A stretch of 64,000 nt of DNA from an uncultured Mycoplasmatota bacterium (GCA_947646095.1 CANSFI010000004.1:2788-66787), one strand, 5' to 3'; counted from the stretch's first letter, positions 50,110-60,512 are shown. The notes: generated from the letters alone by a model not told the origin. Translations and numbers: made by a program.

Positions 50110-50110
50110 A

Positions 50111-50935
50111 TTAATTGGATTTAGAACCTACTTGTTCTAAAATATCATAAAGTTTTATTTTCTCTCCAGAAGGAAAATGTATTACATAATTAGATTTATA
50201 TTTTCCAGCAGATTGATACACTTTAAAAACTTCTGTTGCTAATTCCATTGTTGGTATAAATCCAGTTTTTGCTAATGTCTGTAAAAACCATTGTGTTGCT
50301 TCTACCACATAATCTGTATTCACATTACCATTTTGAAATTGTTTAAAATCTAATTCCTTGTCCATTTCTTCTTTGGAAATTTCCTTAACATCATATATCT
50401 TTTTGAAATCAACTACAGCTTCCTTTTCACCACAAGCATTTTGATCTAAATAACATATAATATCTTTTTTATTTACTTTTGCTTCTAAGACCGTTCCTTT
50501 TGAATCATATTTCTTATAAAACCAAATAGCTCTATCTTTATCAATAGTCCATGATATTGCTTTCTTGCTATTACCTTGAGATGTTCCACGATAAATTGTT
50601 ACTATTTCTGGCAAGTTGTTAAATACTTCATAATCTAAATCCATTAATACTTTTAAATTGGCATTTTTAAATAAGTCTAATATTTCATCTAAAGTTATTT
50701 TTGCATCTTCATTATTTAAACCTGATGTTTTTGTATATGCTGTTCTTAATCCAAAACAATAATCTTCATCTGTAAGCAATGAGCTTATTTCTTTAAATAT
50801 ATATAATCTACTTTTCGGATTAATATTTTGAATTATCAAATATAAATCTGCATTAGGAAAGTTAATTGGTCTATCTAAATGCTCACTATACTTAGTATCA
50901 ATCAAATCTATTATTTTTTGTAATCTATTTTCCAT
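50111..50935 (-). CDS. Hypothetical protein with a possible R-S-ExE ADP-ribosyltransferase-like core
   Basis: VTIYRG (R120), AISWT (S132/T134) and GEKEAVV (E174-x-E176), each in the expected strand context. GGAGGA RBS before MENRLQK. The R-to-S spacing is unusually short. Confidence 0.3.
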   Translation of the reverse strand: MENRLQKIIDLIDTKYSEHLDRPINFPNADLYLIIQNINPKSRLYIFKEISSLLTDEDYCFGLRTAYTKTSGLNNEDAKITLDEILDLFKNANLKVLMDLDYEVFNNLPEIVTIYRGTSQGNSKKAISWTIDKDRAIWFYKKYDSKGTVLEAKVNKKDIICYLDQNACGEKEAVVDFKKIYDVKEISKEEMDKELDFKQFQNGNVNTDYVVEATQWFLQTLAKTGFIPTMELATEVFKVYQSAGKYKSNYVIHFPSGEKIKLYDILEQVGSKSN

Positions 50936-51080
50936 AAAGTCCTCCAAAAAATCGTAAAATATTGTAGCATGATTTTTTTTTAAATACTATAAAAAAATAA
51001 AAATAGGACAATCAGCCCTATAAACTTGCTATTTTTCTTTCTCTTTAATTATATCAAAAAAAGCAAATTGTAAATATGAT

Positions 51081-51545
51081 TCATTTTATTTCCTTATTAT
51101 CAGTTCTTCCTACTAAATAATCGAACGATATGTCATAATATTGTGCTATAACAAGCAATTTTAAAGTTGTAGGTATTCTTTTTCCTGATTCATAATAAGC
51201 ATAAGTCCTTTGTAAAAAACCAAGTTTATTGCTTAATTCTTCTTGTGTTAACTTCTTATCTTTTCTTAATTGTAATAATCTCTCTACGAGTTTTTTATAA
51301 TCAATTTTGTAATGTTCTGGAATAAAATTTCTTACATGAGATAAACCAAGTAAATAGTCTAAAGAAGTTTGATAATAGTTGGCAAGAGCATTACTTTTAT
51401 CTAATTTCATATCATTTATACAATTTTCCCATTTGGAGTAAGTATTTCTTTTTACACCTAAAACATTTGCTATATCTCCTTGTTTTAATTCACAATCAAG
51501 TCTTAATTCCTCATATCTTGTTGTTAAATTATATCCTGTTTTCAT
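51081..51545 (-). CDS. Tandem XRE-family HTH protein
   Basis: Two HTH_XRE units: LKQGDIANVLGVKRNTYSKWE and LTQEELSNKLGFLQRTYAYYE. Confidence 0.8.
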   Translation of the reverse strand: MKTGYNLTTRYEELRLDCELKQGDIANVLGVKRNTYSKWENCINDMKLDKSNALANYYQTSLDYLLGLSHVRNFIPEHYKIDYKKLVERLLQLRKDKKLTQEELSNKLGFLQRTYAYYESGKRIPTTLKLLVIAQYYDISFDYLVGRTDNKEIK

Positions 51546-51752
51546 AGAATCACCCTATAATAATTTTAAATGAATATTGAATAATCGTTGACTTTCGGGA
51601 CGCTATGTTCTAAAATAGGCTTATAGTATAAAAAAATAGTAGTACAAAAAGGAGTTTTTTTGATAAATTCTCTCTTGTTTTGTGCTACATTTTTTTTACT
51701 ATGTTATATTTATTGTATTATGAAAGAAAGTGAGGTGAATTTTTCATTTGTA

Positions 51753-52004
51753 CTAACCTTTATTTGTGTTAATTTTTGCATCTTTGGAAATTGTAATATC
51801 TATTCCATGTGTTCTTGCAATTTGTAATAAAGTTTCAACTGTCCATTGTCTTTCTGCCTGTTCATAGGATTGAATATTTCTTTCAGTTCTATATATTGAC
51901 TCTGCAAATTCCTTTTGTGTGAGTCCAGTCCACTCACGCATAATTTTAAGAATCTCATCAGCAGTATAATCTGTAGCTTTAAGTTGCACTTTACCACCTC
52001 GCAT
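51753..52004 (-). CDS. XRE-family HTH regulator
   Basis: LTQKEFAESIYRTERNIQSYE. Divergent from the plus-strand genes starting at 52102. Confidence 0.7.
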   Translation of the reverse strand: MRGGKVQLKATDYTADEILKIMREWTGLTQKEFAESIYRTERNIQSYEQAERQWTVETLLQIARTHGIDITISKDAKINTNKG

Positions 52005-52101
52005 CTACACTACCAATAATAGTATGCAAATATTTTACTAAATAATTACAAAATTATTTCAAAACTATCGCAATAAGAGGGATAACAAATAAATAAGAAA
52101 T

Positions 52102-52395
52102 ATGATAAATAAATTATATAAAATGAGAATTAATAGCTATATGAAAAAAGAACAAAAAAAGTATAAAAATACTAATCATCTTATTGTTTATGAAAAAGAC
52201 TATTGGAAAATAAGATTTAATAACTACACCTATATCATCAAAACTGTTAAGCAAAAAAATGAATACTATATAAGACTTACCCCTTATCAAAAAACTTATT
52301 TTCAAACAAAACTTAATTTAAAAGATATAGCATCACAAGTTCCTATGACTTTATTTGCTATGAAAGAAAATGAAGAGTTATATAGACATGACTAA
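52102..52395 (+). CDS. Hypothetical protein
   Basis: 97-aa ORF, K/Y-rich. Only positional support. Confidence 0.3.
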   Translation: MINKLYKMRINSYMKKEQKKYKNTNHLIVYEKDYWKIRFNNYTYIIKTVKQKNEYYIRLTPYQKTYFQTKLNLKDIASQVPMTLFAMKENEELYRHD

Positions 52396-52509
52396 TATCA
52401 AAACAATAAGAAAGTGTTTTATTGTCAAATAGATTCGTTAATTCAAAAAAACATATAACTTACAAGATACAGTAAATATCTTGTTAAAAACTAGAAAGAG
52501 AGGACTTCA

Positions 52510-52701
52510 ATGAAACAAGAAGAAAAATTTATGTGCTTTGCATGGATTTCAAAAACCAAATGCAATGCTTTAAGTTGTAAAAACTGTAGTAATTGTAGTT
52601 TTTTTAGAGATAAAAAAGAAGTACCAGGTTATGATAAATACATAAGCTCAAAAGAATTAGCTGAAAGGGAGAAGAACATATGTCAACTGATGAAAAAGTA
52701 G
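52510..52701 (+). CDS. Small cysteine-rich protein (Cys_rich_VLP-like)
   Basis: CFAWISKTKCNALSCKNCSNCSFF cysteine cluster. GAGAGGA RBS. Confidence 0.45.
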   Translation: MKQEEKFMCFAWISKTKCNALSCKNCSNCSFFRDKKEVPGYDKYISSKELAEREKNICQLMKK

Positions 52702-53417
52702 AATTATTAAGATATAAGTTACTCCACCAAAGATATGATTATGAAATGGATATATATCACCTATTACATAGTGTTTTATATGCAGAAGTTGATAGAATTG
52801 AGGAAAAATCATTTTCTTTCAGAGTAATACCAAAAGAAAATAATATCACAGCTCAACAATTTTTATCTTATACAAACGAGTTTATAAAATGTATGAAAAA
52901 GTATTTTAACAATATAGTACCATTTCAATTCATTATAAGAGAAATAATAAAAGGTAATAGAAAAGAATTAAATGATTTGTATAGTTGTACTTGTGATGAT
53001 CCTTATTTATGTTTTGATTTAAAGTCAAATAAAAATATAAAAGAGTACATATATAAAATTATTATTGGTAATTTTATTAAAAATGCTAAATATATACCCC
53101 AAATAGAGTCATTTCTAATAGAGAATAATATTCCTTTGAAAAAACTTAATGATTATGATTTAGAAGAAAGCACAAATATTTTAAATCTATTATCTAATAT
53201 TGTCTTTTCTCAGAGAGGAAGAGGAGATTCAACAGATTTATTTAAAAATATAGAAGATGAACTCCAAGACTATCTAAAAAGAAAAGAAAAAAGTAAGAGT
53301 AAAAAATATACTATCAAAGATTTTGAAGAACAATTCGTCAATACATATATTAATAATTACTCAAAAATGTTTAAATCATTTACAAACAAAAAGAAATATC
53401 TTAAATATTTTATTTAA
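52680..53417 (+). CDS. Hypothetical protein
   Basis: 245-aa ORF overlapping the previous gene by 22 nt. No recognised motif. Confidence 0.4.
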   Translation: MSTDEKVELLRYKLLHQRYDYEMDIYHLLHSVLYAEVDRIEEKSFSFRVIPKENNITAQQFLSYTNEFIKCMKKYFNNIVPFQFIIREIIKGNRKELNDLYSCTCDDPYLCFDLKSNKNIKEYIYKIIIGNFIKNAKYIPQIESFLIENNIPLKKLNDYDLEESTNILNLLSNIVFSQRGRGDSTDLFKNIEDELQDYLKRKEKSKSKKYTIKDFEEQFVNTYINNYSKMFKSFTNKKKYLKYFI

Positions 53418-53481
53418 ATAAGCGACTATTAGTACAAAGTTGTTTATATATAATATGTATAAAGAGTGCAAAAACACTCTT

Positions 53482-55107
53482 TTAATTGGTTTTAAAATAA
53501 TTAAACTGTGAAGTTTTACTAAACTCATAAGCACTCCACATATCAGTATGATTTGTTGCTGGATCGACCATTACAATATTATTACCATTGATACCAATAA
53601 CTGCTACCCAATGTTGACTACCCTCTGTTGCTCCTTTTACTTCAACAGTCAAATAATAACCATCATTGAAATATTGTGAAATAAGTGCTAATTTATCTAC
53701 TCTAGTTTTTCCTCTTAAATTAACATTCCCAACATATTTGAAATTTGGAATCACTTTACTGATTGGAGCATAACTTAAATTGCCTTTTGTATCAAAACCA
53801 TTATTTTGATTAAGTGATTCAACAAATGTTCCTGGATTAAAAGGACTTATATTATTTGTATCAACACCAGATTTTTGAATAAGAATTGCAATAGAAGTTA
53901 CCAAACAACCTATATCACTTATGGTACTACTTGTATTACCAATTCTAATTGCTGACCATGGAGCATTTTTTTGCTTCCAGTTAATATATTCTCCAGAGTC
54001 CATTCCATAAACAACATTATTCCATAATGAAGCATATTCATTACTAGATAATTCATCATATTGCTTAATTTGATTAGGATTAAAATGATACACATTTTTC
54101 ATATCTTCAGCAGTTTTAGAATCAATTTTAATGTGTAATACTTTCTTTTGTACCTCTTTAGGTAATTCTTCAGTATTTACTCCCTGTACTGTTACCGTTT
54201 CATCTTTAACCTCTGATGTAATAATATTCATATCCCAATATATATCTTTTAAAATTTGTTTCTTGGCATCATTCATAGTAACAACTTCTTGTTCATTGAT
54301 ACCATTGGATTGCTTTATTGTATAAATAGTTAGAATATCTCTCCATGTTGCTACATTACCATCTAAAACATACTCATCATGAGGATTAGAGTTTTGGATA
54401 GATTCTAATTTATCGGAAAATTCTTGATTACATTCAACTATCGCATCTTGCATAGTCATAGCATTAGGACTGGATTTTTCTCCAGAAAAGAAAATGCCAA
54501 ATATTGATCCAACTAAAAGACCAATTAAGCAAATAACTATAATTACTACTAAAGCAATCCAACCGCCAGCAATTAAAGCAGAAATCAAAGCCTTTGTTCC
54601 AGCTATAATTGCTTTTATTGCTGAAATTGTTGTCTTTACTGTTAATTTTGCCCCTTGATATGTCCTTTTAGCAGTTTCTCTAGCCAATTTCATTGCCCTT
54701 TGTGAAGCCTTTACTGTTTCTTTAGCAACTTTTTGTGCTTCTTTCTTTGCTACTTTACTACTTGCTTTAATTCCTTTAGTTGTATGCTTTATTTTCTTTT
54801 TTTCAGATAGTCTAGTTTTTATTGTTCTCACTTTTTGCTTTGCCTTTACAAAGTTTTCTTTTGTTGTTCTAACTGAGTCATTTCCCTTTTTCTTGATTTT
54901 TCCTGAATTATCAACAATAACTTTACCTGCATTTGTTATTTTATTTGTAGCATACTCATTGGCATTTCTTTCTTCTGGATTAGTAGCACTTTCACTTTTA
55001 TTTTTAACATTGACAATATTGTCTTTTGTTTTTTCAGTTGCTACTACACTTTTATCAATCGTTTTTATTGTTCCTTTTACAATATTTCTTGTCTTAATGT
55101 CTGCCAT
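53482..55107 (-). CDS. Membrane-anchored conjugation cell-wall hydrolase (C-terminal Cys/His peptidase-like domain)
   Basis: K-rich N-terminus, TM helix (WIALVVIIVICLIGLLVGSIFGIFF). C-terminal DIGCLVTS...GSQHWVAVIG suggests a papain-like Cys-His pair. Confidence 0.6.
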   Translation of the reverse strand: MADIKTRNIVKGTIKTIDKSVVATEKTKDNIVNVKNKSESATNPEERNANEYATNKITNAGKVIVDNSGKIKKKGNDSVRTTKENFVKAKQKVRTIKTRLSEKKKIKHTTKGIKASSKVAKKEAQKVAKETVKASQRAMKLARETAKRTYQGAKLTVKTTISAIKAIIAGTKALISALIAGGWIALVVIIVICLIGLLVGSIFGIFFSGEKSSPNAMTMQDAIVECNQEFSDKLESIQNSNPHDEYVLDGNVATWRDILTIYTIKQSNGINEQEVVTMNDAKKQILKDIYWDMNIITSEVKDETVTVQGVNTEELPKEVQKKVLHIKIDSKTAEDMKNVYHFNPNQIKQYDELSSNEYASLWNNVVYGMDSGEYINWKQKNAPWSAIRIGNTSSTISDIGCLVTSIAILIQKSGVDTNNISPFNPGTFVESLNQNNGFDTKGNLSYAPISKVIPNFKYVGNVNLRGKTRVDKLALISQYFNDGYYLTVEVKGATEGSQHWVAVIGINGNNIVMVDPATNHTDMWSAYEFSKTSQFNYFKTN

Positions 55108-55108
55108 T

Positions 55109-57424
55109 TTATTCTCCTGGCTTTGTTGTCATAAGTCTATACAATTTTGTATCTCTTGGAAATCTATTAATAAATGGTACAAGTGAACTACCATAGCGGA
55201 TTAACCCACATCCTGCATCAGCATTTGTAATGTAACTCATTTGTTCATCAGAAATATTAAGGAGTTTTGCAAGTTCTTTTCTATCAGTTGTAGCTTGATT
55301 AAGCATAACTATAAACTCACTATTGGATAACATGGTAGAAGCATCAACAGAAGATAAAAGATATTCTACATTTTGAGTTATAGCAGTAGGATAAGCATTT
55401 CTTTTTCTAAATTGTCGCCAAGCTGAATTGAAAAATGTTGCTGAATACTCGTTTTCAAATAGAACATGAATTTCATCAATAAAAATATGAGTTCTCTTAC
55501 CTTTTTTATAGTTTTCAGACACTCTGTTTATCATTGCATCTGTAATTACTAATAATCCCATGGTTTTTAATTGTTTACCTAGTTTATAAATATCATAAGA
55601 AATAATTCTACTATTTGTATCAACATTTGTTTCATGAGCAAAAACATTTAAAGAACCATCTGTAAATAATTCTAATGATAATGCAAGTTCTTTGGCTTCA
55701 CTTTCTGGTTGCTCTAATAATTTTTCTCTTAAAGTCATTAATGTTGGTATTTGATTCGTTTTACTATATTCCTCATAAACAAGAGCTACACATCTATCTA
55801 TAATTGATTTTTGTCTTGCACCTAGTCCTTTTTTATCTAGTTGTTCAAATAAAGATAGTATAAACTCTGATTTATCTATTACAGGGTTTGCACCATCTCC
55901 ATATCCTTCTGCCATATCCATAGCATTAATATGGTCTTTACTACTTGCTGATATTCCTATTACTTCTCCACCCATTGCTTTAACAAGAGCTGAATATTCT
56001 CCCTCTGGATCACAAATCAAAATATCATCATCAGTTGAAAGTGCTAAAAAGACAATTAATTCTTTAGCACTAAATGATTTTCCAGAACCAGGAACACCAA
56101 GTAGAAATGATGATTGGTTTAATAAATTAGCTTTATTTACCATAATTAAATTATGGCTAATTGCATTTTCTCCATAGTAGATTCCACCTCTATCCATTAT
56201 CTCTTGTACTCTAAATGGATTTAAAACTGCTAAACTTTCAGTAGTAAGTGTTCTTAAATTTTTAATCTTCCTAACTCCTATTGGCAAGGCAGTATTTAGT
56301 CCATTCATTTGTTGATATTTAAGCGGAACAATTTGACATAGATGCTTTCTTCCAATTATCAAAACTGTTTCTGTATCTGCCTCTAATTGTTCTTTTGTAT
56401 CAGCAATTATTACAAGTGTTAAATTAGCAAACATCATTCTTTGATCTCTAGTAGTTAAGTCATCTAAAAACTCTTTGCTTTCTTTTCTTTGTTGCTCCAT
56501 ATCATAAGGTATAACTGCACTAAAATTATTATTGGCATTTTGTTTTCTTTGCCAGTTCGTGATATTTGTTTCTACCCCTAGCAATCTATTTTCTACCTCT
56601 CTTACTGCTTCGTCTGTGGGAACAGGAATAACATCAATACTCATCATCATATTGTTACTCATATCAGTTAATTCTGCTATAAAACTATCTTTGATATAAC
56701 TAGCATAGTCTTTCAAAAATAATACTCTACCAAACCTTTTACCCATTTCAAAATAGTCATCCTTAAATGAAAAACCATCAGGACAAATATAATCTTTAAA
56801 ATTATGTCCTTTTTTCATCATATCTTTTAAATCTAGGTTATAGTTTACCTCTTCACCTATCCTATAAAAATCATGTAATATTCTTAATTTTTCTGTAGCA
56901 TCTAACTCTACACATTTACTATCTAATTTAGCAAGATGGGAAACAATATCATTACCTATTCTTCTAAAATAGTTCTTTGCTTCTTCATAATTTTTCTTTA
57001 CTATAGATACAGTAAGATATATCTCTCTTACCATACCATTACTACCTATTGCTTTATCAAGTAGCATTTGATTATATTCTTGTCTATAAATATCAAGTCC
57101 ATCTTCTTTAAATGGTAATAATATCTCTTTTTCAAAATCTTTTTTATTGATTCTTCTTAATGCTACAGTAATTTTAGTAGTTGCTCCACTATCAAAAGAG
57201 TTAAGTAGTTCTGAATAATCTAAAAACATTGCCTCTTTATCTTCCTTTGAAGCAACTGCATAGTTAATATCAGTAAACTTATAAGTTAATGAATATTTAT
57301 TTTTACCAACTAAAAAAATACCATTAGTCCATATTTTTTGAACTGGTATTACTTGTTGTATGCTTTTAGGAATACTAAAATCTTCCTTTTCTTGTTTTTG
57401 AATATTATTAAGTGCTTTTATCAT
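55109..57424 (-). CDS. VirB4-type conjugative transfer ATPase
   Basis: Walker A GVPGSGKSF and Walker B HIFIDEIH. Length 771 aa. Confidence 0.9.
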   Translation of the reverse strand: MIKALNNIQKQEKEDFSIPKSIQQVIPVQKIWTNGIFLVGKNKYSLTYKFTDINYAVASKEDKEAMFLDYSELLNSFDSGATTKITVALRRINKKDFEKEILLPFKEDGLDIYRQEYNQMLLDKAIGSNGMVREIYLTVSIVKKNYEEAKNYFRRIGNDIVSHLAKLDSKCVELDATEKLRILHDFYRIGEEVNYNLDLKDMMKKGHNFKDYICPDGFSFKDDYFEMGKRFGRVLFLKDYASYIKDSFIAELTDMSNNMMMSIDVIPVPTDEAVREVENRLLGVETNITNWQRKQNANNNFSAVIPYDMEQQRKESKEFLDDLTTRDQRMMFANLTLVIIADTKEQLEADTETVLIIGRKHLCQIVPLKYQQMNGLNTALPIGVRKIKNLRTLTTESLAVLNPFRVQEIMDRGGIYYGENAISHNLIMVNKANLLNQSSFLLGVPGSGKSFSAKELIVFLALSTDDDILICDPEGEYSALVKAMGGEVIGISASSKDHINAMDMAEGYGDGANPVIDKSEFILSLFEQLDKKGLGARQKSIIDRCVALVYEEYSKTNQIPTLMTLREKLLEQPESEAKELALSLELFTDGSLNVFAHETNVDTNSRIISYDIYKLGKQLKTMGLLVITDAMINRVSENYKKGKRTHIFIDEIHVLFENEYSATFFNSAWRQFRKRNAYPTAITQNVEYLLSSVDASTMLSNSEFIVMLNQATTDRKELAKLLNISDEQMSYITNADAGCGLIRYGSSLVPFINRFPRDTKLYRLMTTKPGE

Positions 57425-57783
57425 TTTCTTTTCAATTCCTCTCTTTCTTTTTGGTCTATACTTGGTTTTATGGCTTCATAGTAGATATTTTCTGATTCAA
57501 ACTTTAATTTTCTAGGAGTTAATATTTCAGATACTATAAATGCTTTGATAAATTGTTCTAATGGCATACCATTATATTTAAAAAAGCCTAAACCTGCAAA
57601 AGGCAATGCACCTAAAATACAAATCCAAGAAGTTATCTCTTTATTAAAATACTTACTGGAAATAAAATATAGCAATACTGCCATTCCACAAGCTAGTAGA
57701 GAAAAAATGAACTGCCTTAATGACAATCCAAAAAATACACTTTCAGTATAGTTTCTTATCTCTCGATTAATTTTAACTTCCAT
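57421..57783 (-). CDS. PrgI-like small conjugation membrane protein
   Basis: 120 aa with two TM helices, directly upstream of and overlapping virB4. Confidence 0.55.
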   Translation of the reverse strand: MEVKINREIRNYTESVFFGLSLRQFIFSLLACGMAVLLYFISSKYFNKEITSWICILGALPFAGLGFFKYNGMPLEQFIKAFIVSEILTPRKLKFESENIYYEAIKPSIDQKEREELKRK

Positions 57784-58076
57784 TATCTCTCCCCTTTCCT
57801 CTCCTGTCTTTTTTGTTCTTTGACATCTTGATAAATGAATTTACATAAATCATTTAAACTTAAACCGCACATTTCTTTTGCAATTTCCAAAGATGTCAAC
57901 ATATAATCATCTGTAATAATATTGTTTTTTGAATTTTGATTTTTTGATCGTTCTTTAATAGAATTATAAATATTTTCATCTAGTAAACTCATTTTTCCAT
58001 ACTCGTACAAAAAATAAAGTGCAAGACTATTTTGTAATCTGTCATTTTTTCTTAATTTATCTAAAATTTTATTCAT
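57783..58076 (-). CDS. Hypothetical protein
   Basis: 97-aa ORF in the coupled operon. 1-nt overlap with the next gene. Confidence 0.4.
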   Translation of the reverse strand: MNKILDKLRKNDRLQNSLALYFLYEYGKMSLLDENIYNSIKERSKNQNSKNNIITDDYMLTSLEIAKEMCGLSLNDLCKFIYQDVKEQKRQERKGER

Positions 58077-58079
58077 TTT

Positions 58080-58568
58080 TTATCGTTCTCTTTCTTTAGG
58101 TTTATTTTCCACATAATGATTATAAAAATCTTTTGCTTGTTCTGGTTTTATATTATTGTACTTTATCATTTTACTCAAAACATCTTCATACAAATATTTT
58201 TTATTTTCTCCATTTGCTATTTTGGAATCTAAATTAAGTTTCTTGCATTCTCTCTTGATATATTCATTAATACTAACAACTTCTTCTGCTTCTGTAACTC
58301 TCTCACTGCCAACAAGTTTTAAATTATATATTGAAAGTATTTCTACAAGTGAATCAAGACATATATTCCAAATATTACTGTTTAGATAAAGTTTTCCCTG
58401 TTTCCCATTTTTGACATATTCTACAACTTTATCAACATTATTACATAATTCCTTAATATCATAATTAATATCTCTATAACTATATTCCTCATCTTTTTTA
58501 ATATCAAATTCAAGATTATTTAATATAGTATTTATTCTTTGGTCATCATATTGTTTCAATATTTTCAT
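58080..58568 (-). CDS. Hypothetical protein
   Basis: 162-aa ORF in the coupled operon. Confidence 0.4.
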   Translation of the reverse strand: MKILKQYDDQRINTILNNLEFDIKKDEEYSYRDINYDIKELCNNVDKVVEYVKNGKQGKLYLNSNIWNICLDSLVEILSIYNLKLVGSERVTEAEEVVSINEYIKRECKKLNLDSKIANGENKKYLYEDVLSKMIKYNNIKPEQAKDFYNHYVENKPKERER

Positions 58569-58585
58569 CTCCTATCTTCTTATAA

Positions 58586-59035
58586 TTATCTTTCTTTTGA
58601 TAAATCTCTGTATTTTGAATTATGATTATCATAAAAGGAAGATATATAAGTTAAAATATCTTCCTCTAGTTTTTTATACTCTTTATTTGATAGTTCTTTT
58701 TCCTCAAATGTTTTTGCAGATAATGATTTCATAAAAATATTATCTCTTTCATCATGCAATTTCATAAATGTTTTATCTTTCCACAATAAATTAGATAAAT
58801 AATTTAGTCTTCGTAATATTTTATTACTACCACTTAAAACCTCGATAGTTCCCTGCATTAAACCATTTGTCAAAAACCACTTTTCAAAATTAATTTCTCC
58901 TAACTCATTATATAACTGTGTAAAATTTTTATTTTCTTCACAATAATAATGTTTCGGATATATATTATTGCTACATTGCCTGGTATAAACCTTATTATTT
59001 TTATATGTCATACTTTTAAAAAGCTCTCTACTCAT
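58586..59035 (-). CDS. Hypothetical protein
   Basis: Start MSRELF after AAGGAG. ATGA overlap with the upstream gene. Confidence 0.4.
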   Translation of the reverse strand: MSRELFKSMTYKNNKVYTRQCSNNIYPKHYYCEENKNFTQLYNELGEINFEKWFLTNGLMQGTIEVLSGSNKILRRLNYLSNLLWKDKTFMKLHDERDNIFMKSLSAKTFEEKELSNKEYKKLEEDILTYISSFYDNHNSKYRDLSKER

Positions 59036-60210
59036 AAACAATTCTCCTTTTTATTGTCAAAAGTATGAGCTAAATTATTCCCATTTATTGCTTTTTTATA
59101 ATCTAGCTCTGCCTTCGATTTATTATTATCGTAGTAGTAAGCATAACCCCAAGATATTTTGTCATCTGTTATTTCATAATAAAAAGCAACAAGATATTCT
59201 TTCGTATTATCATTAATAGTTTTTTCCAATAATGCAACAGGTTGGTCTTTTCTAAATCCCTTATTTAGAATTTTTATATTACCATTATAAAATTCTAGTT
59301 CTCCATGAGTTTTTACTTTATAATCTGAAAAAATCATCTCTTTGTTTTTTTCTACCCATTCTGTTAACATTTGATAACTAGAAAATTTAAGATTGTAATA
59401 TTCATTAGATTCTAAAAATTTTCCTGATTCATAATTACAAAAATCATAAATCGTATCACATTCTTGAACTGTAGAATTTTTAAACATATCTTGCAAGAGA
59501 TCATATCCTAATACAAAAGTAAAATACGCCTTTTCTCTCTCATAATTAGGATTTTCATTTATTTTTGGGGAATAGTTTTTATCTATATACGCTTTTATAT
59601 TTTTTCTTATATTGTATTGATTTAAAGTTATAACTTCTATATACTTGCCATTAGCATAATCTTGGTTATTTTTATAAAGATATATAATATTTTCTTGATT
59701 ATTATCAGGATTTAATTTTATAACATGGGCAATATATCCTTTATATTCTAATATTTGATTTATTTCTAAAGTAGTAAATTTATCCATTATATTTGGAGTA
59801 TCTAATTGTAACAACTTATCTAAATATTCTTTTGTGATTCCATTTTTATCACAATATTGAATATATAAATCAAGTCCCTCTTTACAATTTATATCTTCTG
59901 GATACCATTCATCTATTCTACACCATATATCATAATGAACATCAGCTGTCATATACCCAATACTTTTACCATCCTTTAATTCTTCAAATATATCTGTATC
60001 ATAAGAATATGCCCACTCTGCTATAGGATTGATTTCGTAATTTTTAGAATCTACCCTTACCATTTCATCCCAACCATAACAAATTATTTCATTTATTTTT
60101 TTATTTTCATCTAATAAGATATATTGAACCTTCATATCTTCATTATCTTTATAATCTTCATGATTTTTTAAAATTTTATTTACTTTCTTTACAGTCTTTT
60201 TTATATCCAT
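59032..60210 (-). CDS. Hypothetical protein (392 aa)
   Basis: Start MDIKKTV at 60210 after AGGTGG. No recognised motif. Confidence 0.45.
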   Translation of the reverse strand: MDIKKTVKKVNKILKNHEDYKDNEDMKVQYILLDENKKINEIICYGWDEMVRVDSKNYEINPIAEWAYSYDTDIFEELKDGKSIGYMTADVHYDIWCRIDEWYPEDINCKEGLDLYIQYCDKNGITKEYLDKLLQLDTPNIMDKFTTLEINQILEYKGYIAHVIKLNPDNNQENIIYLYKNNQDYANGKYIEVITLNQYNIRKNIKAYIDKNYSPKINENPNYEREKAYFTFVLGYDLLQDMFKNSTVQECDTIYDFCNYESGKFLESNEYYNLKFSSYQMLTEWVEKNKEMIFSDYKVKTHGELEFYNGNIKILNKGFRKDQPVALLEKTINDNTKEYLVAFYYEITDDKISWGYAYYYDNNKSKAELDYKKAINGNNLAHTFDNKKENCL

Positions 60211-60217
60211 AAACCAC

Positions 60218-60511
60218 CTATCTTTCATAACATCTATTTTTATTTTTTGAAAGTAAATCACTAATTTTATCTACTGATTTGTTATTGGAAACAAATGTAT
60301 TATAATCAACAAAATCATCAGCATAGGTATTTCCTAATTTGATTTCTTTATTTGTTATCATTGAACCAATGTTATTAACACTAACTCTTTTTTCAATACT
60401 ACCTATATCATTTCCAAAATCACTATCTCTTAAATCATAGCAATATAAACCTTTACTTTCATAAAGTTTTCTTTCTTCATTGCTTAAAGTATGTGTAACA
60501 TAATATTTCAT
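60218..60511 (-). CDS. Hypothetical protein
   Basis: 97-aa ORF. GLYCYDLRDSDFG segment is reminiscent of domains from polyvalent conjugative-element proteins (from memory only). Confidence 0.4.
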   Translation of the reverse strand: MKYYVTHTLSNEERKLYESKGLYCYDLRDSDFGNDIGSIEKRVSVNNIGSMITNKEIKLGNTYADDFVDYNTFVSNNKSVDKISDLLSKNKNRCYER

Positions 60512-60512
60512 A

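Noticed and set aside
51800-51997. 65-aa ORF in another frame of the XRE gene 51753..52004.
   Set aside because: It is on the same strand and completely inside the XRE ORF, which has a clear HTH motif.
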